Shown here: piece after piece, positions 21,487 through 32,528 of the stretch
Layout: the number at the start of each line of letters is the position of its first letter
Numbering within the stretch: position 1 is the first letter of the stretch
NCBI GenBank assembly: GCA_963773065.1
Contig: CAVYZN010000009.1
Span: 64,001 to 128,000 of the forward strand
Reading direction: 5' to 3'
Source of the DNA: an uncultured Gammaproteobacteria bacterium
GTDB lineage: Bacteria > Pseudomonadota > Gammaproteobacteria > UBA9214
Length of the DNA: 64,000 nt
Made by a program: the position numbers and the translations under genes
Notes under the pieces: generated by a model
Told to the model about the DNA's origin: nothing
Seen by the model: the letters and a program-made list of their open reading frames with translations, nothing else
Database searches by the model: none

Positions 21487-22761
21487 ATGGTTAAATCGGG
21501 AAAGAAAAATGCATTTTACGCCCAGTCCGGGGGCGTGACCGCCGTTATCAATGCCTCCGCCTGCGGGGTAATCGAAACGGCGCGCAAGCACAAGGACAGG
21601 ATCGGCAAGGTCTACGCCGGTCGTAACGGCATCATCGGCGCCCTTGAGGAAGACCTCATCGATACCAGCAAGGAATCGGCCCGCGCGATTGCCGCCCTGC
21701 GCCATACACCGTCCGGCGCGTTCGGTTCCTGCCGCTACAAGCTGAAGAGCCTGGAGGCGAACAAGCGTGAATACGAGCGTCTGATCGAAGTCTTCGAGGC
21801 ACACAACATCGGCTATTTCTTCTACAATGGCGGCGGTGACTCCGCCGACACCTGTCTGAAGGTCTCCCAGTTGTCCAAGAGCATGGGTTACCCGCTCCAG
21901 GCTATCCATGTTCCAAAGACCGTGGACAACGACCTGCCGATTACCGACAACTGCCCGGGCTTCGGCTCGGTGGCCAAGTACATCGCCATCTCCACGCGCG
22001 AGGCCAGTTTCGATGTCGCGTCGATGGCCAAGACCTCGACCAAGATTTTCGTCCTCGAGGTCATGGGCCGCCATGCCGGCTGGATTGCCGCCGCCGGCGG
22101 TTTGGCCGCCTCCGAGGACTGCGATCTGCCCATCGTCATCCTGTTCCCGGAAATTACCTTCGACCAGGAAGCTTTCCTGGGCAAGGTCAGGGAGAAGGTC
22201 AACCGCTACGGTTACTGCTCCATCGTCGTCTCCGAGGGGGTGCGTGACAAGGACGGCAAGTTCCTCGCCGACCAGGGACTCAAGGATGCCTTTGGCCATG
22301 CCCAGCTCGGCGGCGTGGCGCCGGTCATCGCCAATCTGCTCCGGGAAAAGCTGGGATATAAATTCCACTGGGCGGTGGCGGATTACCTGCAGCGCGCCGC
22401 ACGCCATATCGCCTCGAAATCCGATGTCGAGCAGGCCTATGCCATGGGCAAGGCCGCCGTCGAACTGGCGCTGGCCGGAAGGAATTCCGTCATGCCGACC
22501 ATCGAACGCCTCTCCAACACGCCGTATCGCTGGAAGGTTGGCGAGGCGGATTTGTCCCGCGTGGCCAACGTCGAAAAGATGATGCCGAAGAATTTCATCA
22601 CCCGGGATGGTTTCGGCATCACCCAAAAATGCCGTGACTACCTGGAGCCACTGATCCAGGGTGAAGACTACCCGCCCTACAAGACCGGCATGCCGCAATA
22701 CGTTCAGCTCAAGAATGTGCCGGTCGCCAAGCGGCTGGACAAGGATTTCGAAGTCAAGTAA
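21487..22761 (+). CDS. pfp: 6-phosphofructokinase, probably PPi-dependent
   Basis: AQSGGVTAVINAS, GGGDS, PKTVDNDL, EVMGRHAGW; adjacent to hppA. Confidence 0.9.
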   Translation: MVKSGKKNAFYAQSGGVTAVINASACGVIETARKHKDRIGKVYAGRNGIIGALEEDLIDTSKESARAIAALRHTPSGAFGSCRYKLKSLEANKREYERLIEVFEAHNIGYFFYNGGGDSADTCLKVSQLSKSMGYPLQAIHVPKTVDNDLPITDNCPGFGSVAKYIAISTREASFDVASMAKTSTKIFVLEVMGRHAGWIAAAGGLAASEDCDLPIVILFPEITFDQEAFLGKVREKVNRYGYCSIVVSEGVRDKDGKFLADQGLKDAFGHAQLGGVAPVIANLLREKLGYKFHWAVADYLQRAARHIASKSDVEQAYAMGKAAVELALAGRNSVMPTIERLSNTPYRWKVGEADLSRVANVEKMMPKNFITRDGFGITQKCRDYLEPLIQGEDYPPYKTGMPQYVQLKNVPVAKRLDKDFEVK

Positions 22762-22789
22762 CCAGCGTTTCCGCGGTGGATGACGTGTC

Positions 22790-22987
22790 ATGACTCTTGA
22801 GAAAGCGCGCGAATTACTGGCGGTCCAGGCGGATATGGGCGGCGGCTATAACCGTAACGCCGCCCGGCTGATCCTGGCAGAGGTGCGGCGTGAGCATGGC
22901 CAGGACGCCGTCGACGCCTTTATTCGGGAATTTGATCTGGAACAACTGTTCGGATTCAAGGCCGGTACACAATTCACGGCGCCCTGA
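22790..22987 (+). CDS. small hypothetical protein
   Basis: 65-aa ORF ([16 protein letters not shown]) filling the pfp-hppA gap. Confidence 0.65.
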   Translation: MTLEKARELLAVQADMGGGYNRNAARLILAEVRREHGQDAVDAFIREFDLEQLFGFKAGTQFTAP

Positions 22988-23033
22988 TTCCAGGCGGGCG
23001 CGAAAACAAACATTCAATCTAAGGAGAAAACCA

Positions 23034-25058
23034 ATGTCGATCGAACTCATCTTCGCCCTTGCCTGCGCCTTTGTCGCATTGGGCTATGGCGCGGTATCCG
23101 TCAAGTGGATTCTCGCCAAGCCGGCGGGCACTCCCCGCATGCAGGAAATCGCCAGCGCAATTCAGGAAGGCGCCCAGGCCTACCTCAACCGGCAGTACAC
23201 CACCATCGGCATGGCGGGTGTCGTGCTGCTGGTCATTATCGGCATTTTCATCAACTGGACTACCGCCATCGGTTTCGCCATCGGTGCGGTCTTATCGGGC
23301 TTGACCGGTTACATCGGCATGAACATCTCGGTGCGTTCCAATGTGCGCACCGCGCAGGCGGCCAACGGTGGGTTGAATGCCGCCCTGCAGATCGCCTTTC
23401 GCGGCGGCGCCATCACCGGAATGCTGGTGGTCGGTCTGGGCCTGCTCGGCGTCGCGGGCTTCTATGCGACCATGCTGGCCATGGGCGTCGAGGATCCGCT
23501 GCATCCGCTGATCGGCCTTGCCTTCGGCGGCTCGCTCATCTCCATCTTCGCCCGTCTCGGCGGCGGCATCTTCACCAAGGGCGCCGATGTCGGCGCGGAT
23601 ATTGTCGGCAAGGTCGAGGCCGGCATCCCTGAGGACGATCCGCGCAACCCGGCGGTTATCGCGGACAACGTCGGCGACAACGTCGGCGACTGCGCCGGCA
23701 TGGCCGCCGACCTGTTCGAGACCTACGCCGTGACCGTGGTGGCCACCATGCTGCTGGGCGGCCTGCTGCTGGGCACCACGCAGGCGGCTCTGTATCCGCT
23801 GGTGCTGGGCGGCGTTTCCATCATCGCCTCGATCATCGGCACCTTCTTCGTCAAGGCCAGGGAGGGCGGCAAGATCATGAATGCCCTGTACCGCGGCCTG
23901 ATTGTCGCCGGCGTACTGGCGGCGATCGCCTTCTACCCGGTTACCACCTGGATCATGGGCGACAGCATCCTGCTCGATGGCGCAGAAATCAGTACCCGCT
24001 TTCTCTATTACTGCGGCTTGATCGGCCTGGCGTTGACCGCGGCCATGGTGGTGATCACGGAATACTACACCGCCACGCAATTCGGCCCGGTGCGCCACAT
24101 CGCCGAGGCATCCACCACCGGCGACGGGACCAATGTCATCGCCGGCTTGGGCGTCTCCATGAAGGCCACCGCTATGCCCGTGCTGGCCATCTGCGCCAGC
24201 ATCTGGGGCGCCCATGAACTGGCCGGCCTGTACGGCATCGCCGTCGCGGCCACCGCCATGTTGTCCATGACCGGTATCATCGTTGCGCTGGATGCCTACG
24301 GCCCGATCACCGACAACGCCGGCGGCATCGCCGAGATGGCCCACCTGGACCAGAAGATCCGCAACATCACCGACCCGCTGGATGCGGTGGGCAACACCAC
24401 CAAGGCGGTGACCAAGGGCTACGCCATCGGCTCGGCCGGCCTGGCCGCGCTGGTGCTGTTCGCCGACTACACCCACGCCCTCCAGAAACACTCGGATACG
24501 CCGCTCAACTTCTCGCTCGACAACCACATGGTGCTGATCGGCCTGTTCATCGGCGGTCTGGTGCCCTACCTGTTCGGCTCCATGGCCATGGAGGCGGTCG
24601 GCCGGGCCGCCGGCGGCATCGTCAACGAGGTGCGCCGCCAGTTCCGGGAAATGCCGGGCATCATGAACCACACCCAGAAGCCGGACTACTCCAGGGCCGT
24701 CGACATGCTGACCAAGGCCGCCATCAAGGAGATGGTCATCCCCTCGCTGCTGCCGGTGCTGGTCCCGGTGATCGTCGGTCTGGTGCTGGGCAAGGAGGCG
24801 CTCGGCGGGCTGCTGATCGGCACCATCGTGACCGGCCTGTTCGTGGCCATCTCCATGACCACGGGCGGCGGCGCCTGGGACAATGCCAAGAAGTACATCG
24901 AGGATGGCCACCACGGCGGCAAGGGTTCGGATGCCCACAAGGCGGCGGTCACCGGTGATACCGTCGGCGATCCCTACAAGGACACAGCGGGACCGGCGAT
25001 CAACCCCTTGATCAAGATCATCAACATCGTGGCGCTTCTGATCGTGCCGTTGTTGTAG
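23034..25058 (+). CDS. hppA: membrane H+-translocating pyrophosphatase, K+-independent type
   Basis: [46 protein letters not shown] (Lys variant), [14 protein letters not shown]; AGGAG RBS. Confidence 0.95.
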   Translation: MSIELIFALACAFVALGYGAVSVKWILAKPAGTPRMQEIASAIQEGAQAYLNRQYTTIGMAGVVLLVIIGIFINWTTAIGFAIGAVLSGLTGYIGMNISVRSNVRTAQAANGGLNAALQIAFRGGAITGMLVVGLGLLGVAGFYATMLAMGVEDPLHPLIGLAFGGSLISIFARLGGGIFTKGADVGADIVGKVEAGIPEDDPRNPAVIADNVGDNVGDCAGMAADLFETYAVTVVATMLLGGLLLGTTQAALYPLVLGGVSIIASIIGTFFVKAREGGKIMNALYRGLIVAGVLAAIAFYPVTTWIMGDSILLDGAEISTRFLYYCGLIGLALTAAMVVITEYYTATQFGPVRHIAEASTTGDGTNVIAGLGVSMKATAMPVLAICASIWGAHELAGLYGIAVAATAMLSMTGIIVALDAYGPITDNAGGIAEMAHLDQKIRNITDPLDAVGNTTKAVTKGYAIGSAGLAALVLFADYTHALQKHSDTPLNFSLDNHMVLIGLFIGGLVPYLFGSMAMEAVGRAAGGIVNEVRRQFREMPGIMNHTQKPDYSRAVDMLTKAAIKEMVIPSLLPVLVPVIVGLVLGKEALGGLLIGTIVTGLFVAISMTTGGGAWDNAKKYIEDGHHGGKGSDAHKAAVTGDTVGDPYKDTAGPAINPLIKIINIVALLIVPLL

Positions 25059-25073
25059 AGGTTCCGAAGCCGA

Positions 25074-25101
25074 CGGACCCGATGCGCCGGCATCGGGTCC
25101 G
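25074..25101 (+). terminator. hairpin after hppA
   Basis: CGGACCCGATGC-GCCG-GCATCGGGTCCG: 12-bp perfect stem, no strong U-tract. Confidence 0.5.
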
Positions 25102-25124
25102 CCCGCGATTACCCTGGTAAAGCC

Positions 25125-25216
25125 AGTGAGATGTGAAAAGTGAGAAGTGAGAGGTGAGAAGTGAGAAAATTACCGGAGAGCAGTCATGTTCCCATCACTT
25201 TTCACTTTTCACTTCT
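25125..25216. repeat. heptamer tandem repeats with an inverted counterpart
   Basis: About 6 GTGAGAA-like units followed by about 3 TCACTTT units. Confidence 0.7.
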
Positions 25217-25257
25217 GTAATTTCTTTCCTTGCAGCGCCTGAACAGCCGTATTTCCT

Positions 25258-25797
25258 ATGAAAATCTGCATCGTCTCCGACAGTCATGACAACCGCCACC
25301 TGCTGGAAACGGCAGTCCGCGAGGGGCAGGCGGCCGGCGCACAGGCGGTTCTGCACTGCGGCGACGTGGTCGCACCCGGAACGCTGGAAGTACTGAGACC
25401 CTTCGATCTGCCGGTCCATGTCATACACGGCAACAACACCGGCGATCTCTACATGATGGCGCGCATTGCCTCCGGTCCCGCCAGCCGCGTGCATTACCAT
25501 GGCCAGGATGCCGGCATCGATCTGGCCGGCCGGCGCATCTTCCTGGTCCACTACCCGCATTACGCCGCGGCCATGGCAACCACGGGCGACTGGGATCTCG
25601 TATGCTGCGGACACGACCACAAGGCGGATATCCGGCTCATCAACAACATGGCCGGCGGACAGACCATTCTGGTCAACCCAGGCACGGTGGGCGGCATCAA
25701 AGCGCCGGCCACCTACGTCCTGGGCAATCTCGAGACGATGGAGTTTTCCATCCGCGAAATCGCATTAACATACCGGCGCGAAGGCACCGCCGGCTGA
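25258..25797 (+). CDS. metallophosphoesterase (YfcE-like)
   Basis: IVSDSHDN, HCGD, GNN, CCGHDH, VNPG. Confidence 0.85.
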   Translation: MKICIVSDSHDNRHLLETAVREGQAAGAQAVLHCGDVVAPGTLEVLRPFDLPVHVIHGNNTGDLYMMARIASGPASRVHYHGQDAGIDLAGRRIFLVHYPHYAAAMATTGDWDLVCCGHDHKADIRLINNMAGGQTILVNPGTVGGIKAPATYVLGNLETMEFSIREIALTYRREGTAG

Positions 25798-25818
25798 CTG
25801 GAACAAGGCAGATATCCC

Positions 25819-26529
25819 GTGAAGAAGACCAGCCCCGATCAAATGGTCATCGGCGACAAGAGTGGCATTGATCTGGCCGAATCGAGACCCTCGCTGCAGG
25901 CGTTGCTCAAGGAGCATGAGCGACGCCTGCAGGCCCTGCCCGTCGACTGCGACCCGGTTGAACGCGCACGCGTCCAGCTTGATATCGCGGAAACCCTGTT
26001 GGCGCTGCAGAAACGCAAGGAAAGCTGGGACATTGCGCGCGCGGCCTTCGATGTGTTCGCCTCGGCGGAGGCCTGGCAGGATGCCATCGAGGCCTGTGAT
26101 GTCCTGTTCCAGTGTGACCAGGAACACTCCCTGGCCGCGCTCGGCAACGGCGTCTGGCTGGCGGTGACCTTTCCGGTACCCGCCCACCTCACCGTGGCCA
26201 TGCTGCAGCATATCGTCGACGAGACCCCGGATGTATCGGACGGCGCCGCCGTGGCCGCGATGGCGGCGCATTACATCGCCGATCTGCGCACCGAAGGTGA
26301 GGAACATGACAGCCTGACCTTCTTCACCAATCAGCTGGTGGCCGGGGTCGCGAAACGCCACCGCGGCATCGAGTATGACCCCGGGATGATAAAGATGTGG
26401 ATCGAGATTCTGGGGCTGAATGACGTCAAGGAACTGCTGTCGCGTCTTGCGCTCATGCTGGATGCGATCACCGGTGGCGACTGGTGGGTCGACCGGGATG
26501 CATTGCGTGCGCGGCTGCCGGTTAACTAG
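25819..26529 (+). CDS. hypothetical helical protein
   Basis: 236-aa ORF co-oriented with the operon and with core codon usage. Confidence 0.7.
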   Translation: MKKTSPDQMVIGDKSGIDLAESRPSLQALLKEHERRLQALPVDCDPVERARVQLDIAETLLALQKRKESWDIARAAFDVFASAEAWQDAIEACDVLFQCDQEHSLAALGNGVWLAVTFPVPAHLTVAMLQHIVDETPDVSDGAAVAAMAAHYIADLRTEGEEHDSLTFFTNQLVAGVAKRHRGIEYDPGMIKMWIEILGLNDVKELLSRLALMLDAITGGDWWVDRDALRARLPVN

Positions 26530-26749
26530 CAATGGTGGGGTTGTGTTAATCGGCTACTGGCGATGACCAGCCGATGCCTGTCAATGGTTGTGTGATTTTC
26601 TCAAAATACCCTCTGGGGTGGTACGGATCGAAGAATTCGTGTCGCGCTGGTGCGCGGGTGGGACGTCCTACCATGGCGTTCAAGCGCGTGAAATTCCACC
26701 TGTGCTGCTGCCGTAACCTAGTCTCATAAGGCTGCTGTTCCTCGTTGGC

Positions 26750-27982
26750 CTAGCCGATTGTTCGCACAACCGTTTTGCCAAGGTATGCAGCCTTTTTATC
26801 TGAGTCCGATGAGCAATGCGGGTTAGATGCGTCAGGCAGGAAATTACTGCCTTCCATGATACGTCGGGCCGTGCGCAGTACACTGGCGCGCTCAATCACC
26901 ACCGCGTCTGCCTTGCGGGACCACTTGACGGTGCATTCAATGATGCCCGTGGGATGACCGATCCGCAATCGACCGACAGCAGGATCGAATTTATCTCCGA
27001 CCAGCTGGTTTACGATCGAGCCAGGCACTACTGCAGCCGAGGTCGTAGCTATCGCGCCAGTGACCGCGTATGCCTTGTGGAAACTCTGGCTGGAAATAAT
27101 TCTACTTAGCAGATCGATGTCACTGGCGGCGACCGGCAGGTTTTTGCCTTCGGTGAGGTAATCCATCGGTGGACCGACAAAGGCCAGCTTGGGTACAGCC
27201 GGCGTCTCGTCTTTCGCATTGTCCGGACTGGACGCCAAGCCGGTCAGAACGGCAGCCTGGCCTCGCAGGGACTCAAACGTGGCCATGAGATTTGCATCAC
27301 CTGCCACCTCCTTACTCGTGGCGGTAGCCTGGAGACCCATCTCGGTCGCAGACACAAAAACGTACTGAGCGCCCGAATCGATAATTGTTGCCCGAATGCT
27401 TCGCCCGTCGGGCATCTCAAGGTGGTCAATGACGTTCCCGGTGGGTAGCAGGCCGTTGCCAGCCGTTCCCGCAGGATCGAGGAACGCCAGTTTCACAAGA
27501 TCGCCCGTCGCAGGCATTCCGCTGATCTGGGCGAAGCGGGTATCGCCACTGATATCGCGCGGGTCTAGGCGGGCTTCCACGGTGGTGCCCGAATCAGGGT
27601 TGTAGATTCGCACCATATCTGGCGAGCCACCCAGCAGACCCTCCTGCCAGGCGAAAAGGGCCACCGCCGAAATCAGATTGCCACAATTGGCTCCGTATTT
27701 AATCGTCCTGCTGCCCGGAGTGATGCTGCCAAAACTGCATTCCACGTCAGCATCCGGTCGCTCCGAGGGCCAGACTATGCTGACCTTGCTGAGCAATAGA
27801 TCGGCGCCACCAATACCATCCACCTGCCGCGGGTCGGGCCCACCCACGACGGCCATCAAAATGCGGTCGCGCTTCTCCGGATCGGCCGGCAGATCATCGG
27901 CGTTAAAGAACACACCACGTGTCGTTCCACCGCGCATCACTACGCACCTGATTCTCTTCAACCCATCCGTGTTTCGACTCAT
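26750..27982 (-). CDS. PrpF / methylitaconate-isomerase family protein (DAP-epimerase fold)
   Basis: MRGGTTRGVFF, QVDGIGG, NCGNLISAV, HKAYAVTG, IGHPTG, RTARRIMEG. Confidence 0.88.
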   Translation of the reverse strand: MSRNTDGLKRIRCVVMRGGTTRGVFFNADDLPADPEKRDRILMAVVGGPDPRQVDGIGGADLLLSKVSIVWPSERPDADVECSFGSITPGSRTIKYGANCGNLISAVALFAWQEGLLGGSPDMVRIYNPDSGTTVEARLDPRDISGDTRFAQISGMPATGDLVKLAFLDPAGTAGNGLLPTGNVIDHLEMPDGRSIRATIIDSGAQYVFVSATEMGLQATATSKEVAGDANLMATFESLRGQAAVLTGLASSPDNAKDETPAVPKLAFVGPPMDYLTEGKNLPVAASDIDLLSRIISSQSFHKAYAVTGAIATTSAAVVPGSIVNQLVGDKFDPAVGRLRIGHPTGIIECTVKWSRKADAVVIERASVLRTARRIMEGSNFLPDASNPHCSSDSDKKAAYLGKTVVRTIG

Positions 27983-29265
27983 GTTTCTTCACCCTTAGGC
28001 TGAATGCGATGCATAATCCTGTGCCGGGCATGACGATAAGGCCAACTGAACAGCCTGCGGACCAATGGCAACAGCGCCAGTACGCCGGGGCGAAGGTCAT
28101 CCCAGGCCCATTCGGCCACGACAATCCGGCCGTGAAATATACGCAACCATTCCCGCAAGCCCAGTTGGCCTTCCCTGATGAGATCCAAGGCGGCCTGGGT
28201 TTCATCTCGAAGATGGATCCACCGCATTGGGACTATATAATCAAAGACCGGTGCCGGGCGGTTCGGGGAAGTCATGTCTTGATAGGCAATCCAGGGCAAG
28301 TCGACTCCGGCAGCGATAGCCACGCCCGTTGTCCGAACGGCCCGGGCATTGATCTCGATAAGCTTGGGTTGTCCATCGCGGGGGTCGCGTTTGAATTCCA
28401 CGCAGCCGATTCCCCGGTAGTTCAATACTTTTAACAGCCGGATGGATAACTCCATGATCTCAGGATCGATTACGGTTTCAGTCAGGCAGCAATAGCCAAA
28501 CCCTGGAGGATATTGTCGCAGTTTTTTGCGGACGCATCCTGCCAAGGGCGTTCCGTCCTGACTGAAATAACCCAGGAAGGTTAATAATCGTTCGTCGCCG
28601 CCAGGAATAATTTCCTGGATCATCATGTCTGGCGCAAGCGGTGCAACCTTGCGGTATAGTTCCGCCAGTTCATCTGGCCCCGTCACAGTGACTGCTTTAG
28701 CCGGTCCGATAGCGGCGATGACTTCTGGACGTTTCCAGTGTTGGGAAGTCAACGGCTTAACAACAGCCGGGTAAGTCAGGGAACGCGCGATGCGGTCTGT
28801 CTCCGCTTGAGATGTAGGAAAGTAGGTTTCGGGTATGGGGATATCTGCTTGACGAGCGCACTCGAGTAGCCGCTGTTTGTTTTGAATTTCTCTGACACAT
28901 GACCACGGTGGACAAGTCAGTGCGAAATATGGACGTAGTTGCCCTTCATTGCGGGCGATAAACTGAGTGGCGCCATCCGAAGCGGGGAACAGTACCGGTT
29001 TGACCTGTTTCGAATTGGAAAATGCGATCAAGGCATCGATCAGGCCGGATTCATCATCGTATAGGTTCGGACAGGTAACATGGATGCAATATCGAGAGTC
29101 AAGATCCACAAGAGACCGATCTGGATGAAAGCGGTAAACTTGCACGCCATTGCGACCGAGGCTCCGGGTCAGAGCCAGAGCGATCTCGTTCATCGACTTG
29201 GTCTTGTTAGTCCCTAAGTTTCCGCTTAATACCACTGCGGATGGGTGATCAACCTGTGAATTCAT
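27979..29265 (-). CDS. ATP-grasp carboxylate-amine ligase (D-aspartate-ligase-like)
   Basis: VLFPASD, IPIPETY, YPAVVKP, MIQEIIPG, KLRQYP..FG, VEFKRDPRDG..KLIEINAR. Confidence 0.85.
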   Translation of the reverse strand: MNSQVDHPSAVVLSGNLGTNKTKSMNEIALALTRSLGRNGVQVYRFHPDRSLVDLDSRYCIHVTCPNLYDDESGLIDALIAFSNSKQVKPVLFPASDGATQFIARNEGQLRPYFALTCPPWSCVREIQNKQRLLECARQADIPIPETYFPTSQAETDRIARSLTYPAVVKPLTSQHWKRPEVIAAIGPAKAVTVTGPDELAELYRKVAPLAPDMMIQEIIPGGDERLLTFLGYFSQDGTPLAGCVRKKLRQYPPGFGYCCLTETVIDPEIMELSIRLLKVLNYRGIGCVEFKRDPRDGQPKLIEINARAVRTTGVAIAAGVDLPWIAYQDMTSPNRPAPVFDYIVPMRWIHLRDETQAALDLIREGQLGLREWLRIFHGRIVVAEWAWDDLRPGVLALLPLVRRLFSWPYRHARHRIMHRIQPKGEET

Positions 29266-29724
29266 CTGGTTTATCTGCAGTTATACGGATTCACATGGAA
29301 GGGGAATCAACACACCGGCATTAGAGCGGCTGCGAGGATCAGTCATTAGTTTAATACTCCGTGCATTAAAACACTATTAACGCACTTATGGTAATCTTAA
29401 CTCAAGCGTAATGCGCTTCGCAAAAAATTTATTTATAAACGTATCGAGGTAAGGTTCATGCTGCATGAGTACCGTATAACTAAGGCTCATGTAGACAAAC
29501 AGTGGTCTGAGGGTGATCTATGCGATCTTGTACCTTATTACGTTGAAACCACTCGGTGATCGACTAAGAAAAAAGGTAAGGAGTATTTCCAATTGGCTAT
29601 GGATGGGTTGATACTCCGGTGGGAGAGGGGATACCTGGAGTCAGCGTTTCTGTAAACCCTGTGCATCGTTATCGATCCTGACTTATGTGATTTCACCAGC
29701 AATCTGCATCGTCGTTGAATTCTA

Positions 29725-30876
29725 ATGTACGAGGACTACACATTTCCACGAACACTTATTGTTGATCTTTCGATGCAATATGGTGGATCAAGTTCCCGTG
29801 TATTGTCTTTGCTGAAGCACATTCCTTCTTCTCATATCGCACTGGCGGGACTTGATCAAGGTGCAATTACCCAATGTGCGCGGTCTCTTGGTTATAAAGT
29901 CCATATTGTAGGCGCAAGAAGGTTTGATCCAAGTATCATTCTTAGTCTCGTTCGCCTGGTTCGCGATGAGGGCTACCAGGTTTTAGATACCCAGAATATT
30001 CAGTCAAAGATGTGGGGTAGCCTTGCTGCAGGACTGACGGGAACCGCCTTGGTATCGACAATTCATAGTTGGTATGTAGCCGAGCATGGAGAAAGTTGGA
30101 AGGGACGCATTTATCAGCTTGTTGAAACTACCTCTAATCGTAACCTCGATCTCTACATTACCGTGTCATCAGATAGTCGTACGTGGCTGCTGGATTCCGG
30201 TATCTCAGAAGAAATGGTTTGTCAGATACTGAATACAATAGATATTAATCCTGCGGCGATTAATGGGGATGCTGGGTGGTTGAGACGAACGCATGACCTG
30301 CCTGATGATGCTACTGTCTGTTGCGCAGTTGGGCGTTTGGTATGGGCAAAAGGTTATGTAGAACTAATTGATGCTTTCTCCCTGATTGCGACAAAGTATT
30401 CCAATCTTTATTGCCTGATTGTTGGTGAAGGTCAGCTACGCCAGGAGTTAGAAAAGCGGATTGCTAAAAAAGGCCTGCAAGACAGGATTCGATTATTGGG
30501 TTTTCGTAAGCATGATGATGTGCTGTCTATTGTAAAAGCCAGTGATTTCTTTGTAATGCCGTCACGATCAGAGGGGACACCGATAGCGTTATTGGAGGCA
30601 GCGGCTCTTGCTCGGCCATTACTGGCTTCCCGAGTTGGCGGCATACCGGAGTTGGTTGCCGATGGTGAACAGGCGATACTGGTATCACCGGGTGACCCGA
30701 TTGCCCTAGCCGCTGGGCTATCACGTCTTTGCGATGAATCGGAATTTGCGATGGAACTTGGCAGGCAGGCACAACATAGGATACAGCAGGAATTTGGTGT
30801 CAAGTCTCTAATTGAAGCGACTGCCAGGGCCTATCAAAAGGCCTGGGCACATAATCGTGAGAGATTATTGCGCTAG
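29725..30876 (+). CDS. glycosyltransferase family 4
   Basis: VGRLVWAKG, DFFVMPSRSEGTPIALLEA, SRVGGIPE. Confidence 0.9.
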   Translation: MYEDYTFPRTLIVDLSMQYGGSSSRVLSLLKHIPSSHIALAGLDQGAITQCARSLGYKVHIVGARRFDPSIILSLVRLVRDEGYQVLDTQNIQSKMWGSLAAGLTGTALVSTIHSWYVAEHGESWKGRIYQLVETTSNRNLDLYITVSSDSRTWLLDSGISEEMVCQILNTIDINPAAINGDAGWLRRTHDLPDDATVCCAVGRLVWAKGYVELIDAFSLIATKYSNLYCLIVGEGQLRQELEKRIAKKGLQDRIRLLGFRKHDDVLSIVKASDFFVMPSRSEGTPIALLEAAALARPLLASRVGGIPELVADGEQAILVSPGDPIALAAGLSRLCDESEFAMELGRQAQHRIQQEFGVKSLIEATARAYQKAWAHNRERLLR

Positions 30877-31042
30877 TATGTGAATGATGATTTGCATGGC
30901 TTGATGCATTGGGGAAGGGCATCCAATGAGTTTTGCGTTGTTGTAATGTACCACTTAATTTCCGCAAGTACCGTTCTCCGCTATGCGGAATAGATTAGCG
31001 TGCAATTGCACTCTGTTCCATTTGACTGGAATCCTGATCTGA

Positions 31043-32186
31043 TTATCCGCGTGCGTGTAACAGCTCTCGATAAACATCGCCAAGGTGCCGCGCTTGTTTT
31101 TGTATGTCAAATCTTGATGCAGCAATAGTTTGTCCCTCCATCCCCATCTTTTGCGCCTCCTTTTTATTTTTTAGCAATCGTATGCATGCTGTTGCCAATT
31201 TCTCGGGGTTTTTGGGTGGTATGAGAATCCCGTTAGTTTGATCCTGTACCATTTCTGGAATTCCGCCTACTGTGCTTGCAATGATGGGCAAGCCGGTAGT
31301 CATTGCTTCCGCAAGAACTGTGGGAAGGGCTTCAGTTAATGAGGGTAATACAAATACATCACTTATAGACAACAAATCTGGTATGGCTTCCCGATAACCC
31401 GCGAAGACTACCCGGTTAGATATATTTAAATTGGCTGTTAATTGCTCGAGTGCGCCTCGGTAGTTGCCATCCCCTACGATCAGGTAATACGCTTCAGGAA
31501 CTTCTTTTAAGATAGTCGGCATAGCCTCAAGCATAAATTGTATGCCTTTGGGCTCCCGCAGCACCGCCACTGTGAGTAAAAGTGGCGCATTCAGGGGAAT
31601 CCCCAGATCCTTGCGTAACAAATCGTTTTTCTCTATGCCAGGATTCCTGAAGTGACTCTGATCGATCCCATTGTACAGTGTGATTACTTTTTCTGGCGCA
31701 ACTTTGCTGATAGCCAGGTGATGTTTACGTAATTCCTCGGAAACGGTAATAACCCGATCGCAGAAATATCGGAGAGACCATAACATCACTTTCATCCTGC
31801 GATAGGACTTAGAGCCTTTGACAGGATCATCTATGGTGTGTAGCGTGCATAAGCTGGGCAGGCATAATAGCTTGGCGGCAATATTCCCAAGCGTGTTGGA
31901 GAAATCAAGTTGGGTATGAACCAAAGCTGTTTTATGCGAGCGGAGGTAATGCACCAAACGTGGAATTGCCGTCAAGTCACGTAAATTCCTTACGGGTACC
32001 AGATCCACGGGGATATCCATCCGTGCGAGGACTTTGGCGAAGTGGTTTCCGTGCCGTTCCTGTAATACGCAGACACGGGGTTGAAAGCAATCGTTAGCGA
32101 GGCTCTGAATGTAAGGGACTGTCAATCTCTCCGCGCCTCCCATGCCTAACCCATCTATCATCCAGACATATCTTTTTCTTATGCAT
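31043..32186 (-). CDS. glycosyltransferase family 4; likely start ATG 32186 with a 1-bp shift near 32170
   Basis: WMIDGLGMGGAE, DVFVLPSLTEALPTVLAEAM, STVGGIPE. Confidence 0.88.
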
Positions 32187-32354
32187 TGGTATCCGCGCCT
32201 GTAAATGCCATAGCCTTGTTTGCAATGATGATGTATCACAGTGATGAACCAAACTGCCAAATTTTCCCGATACACCATACCTTATCAGAGGCCATAGGAT
32301 GAGGTTTGTTGTTTTGCATCGGGAAATTAGTTCTTGTCTTGAATATGGCGACAT

Positions 32355-32436
32355 TGTCTTGAGTTGGAGACAGTATAAGCTACTGACGTACAGCATTAAA
32401 CGACATTTTCAGCAATCACGTCGTCAAAAAGTGACG
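32355..32436. promoter_or_regulatory. GlrR-type enhancer boxes
   Basis: TGTC-TTGAGTTGGA-GACA (32355-32372, perfect N10) and CGTC-GTCAAAAAGT-GACG (32419-32436); an N11 variant at 32335-32353. Confidence 0.6.
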
Positions 32437-32511
32437 ATTACCTACGGTCATCTATCATTGCCACATGCGCGTTTCTAATTTAACCTGTTGTGTTTAACGG
32501 TAAAGATATAA

Positions 32512-32528
32512 TGGCACATTAATTTGCT
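32512..32528 (+). promoter_or_regulatory. sigma54-like promoter with spacing one base too long
   Basis: TGGCACATTAATTTGCT = GG-N11-GC; removing one base from the TTT run gives the consensus; the region is indel-rich. Confidence 0.45.

Noticed and set aside
21469-24938. Long antisense ORFs opposite pfp and hppA (also 6185..7426, 48429..49298, 58161..59621)
   Set aside because: Shadow ORFs expected opposite high-GC genes; no recognisable motifs
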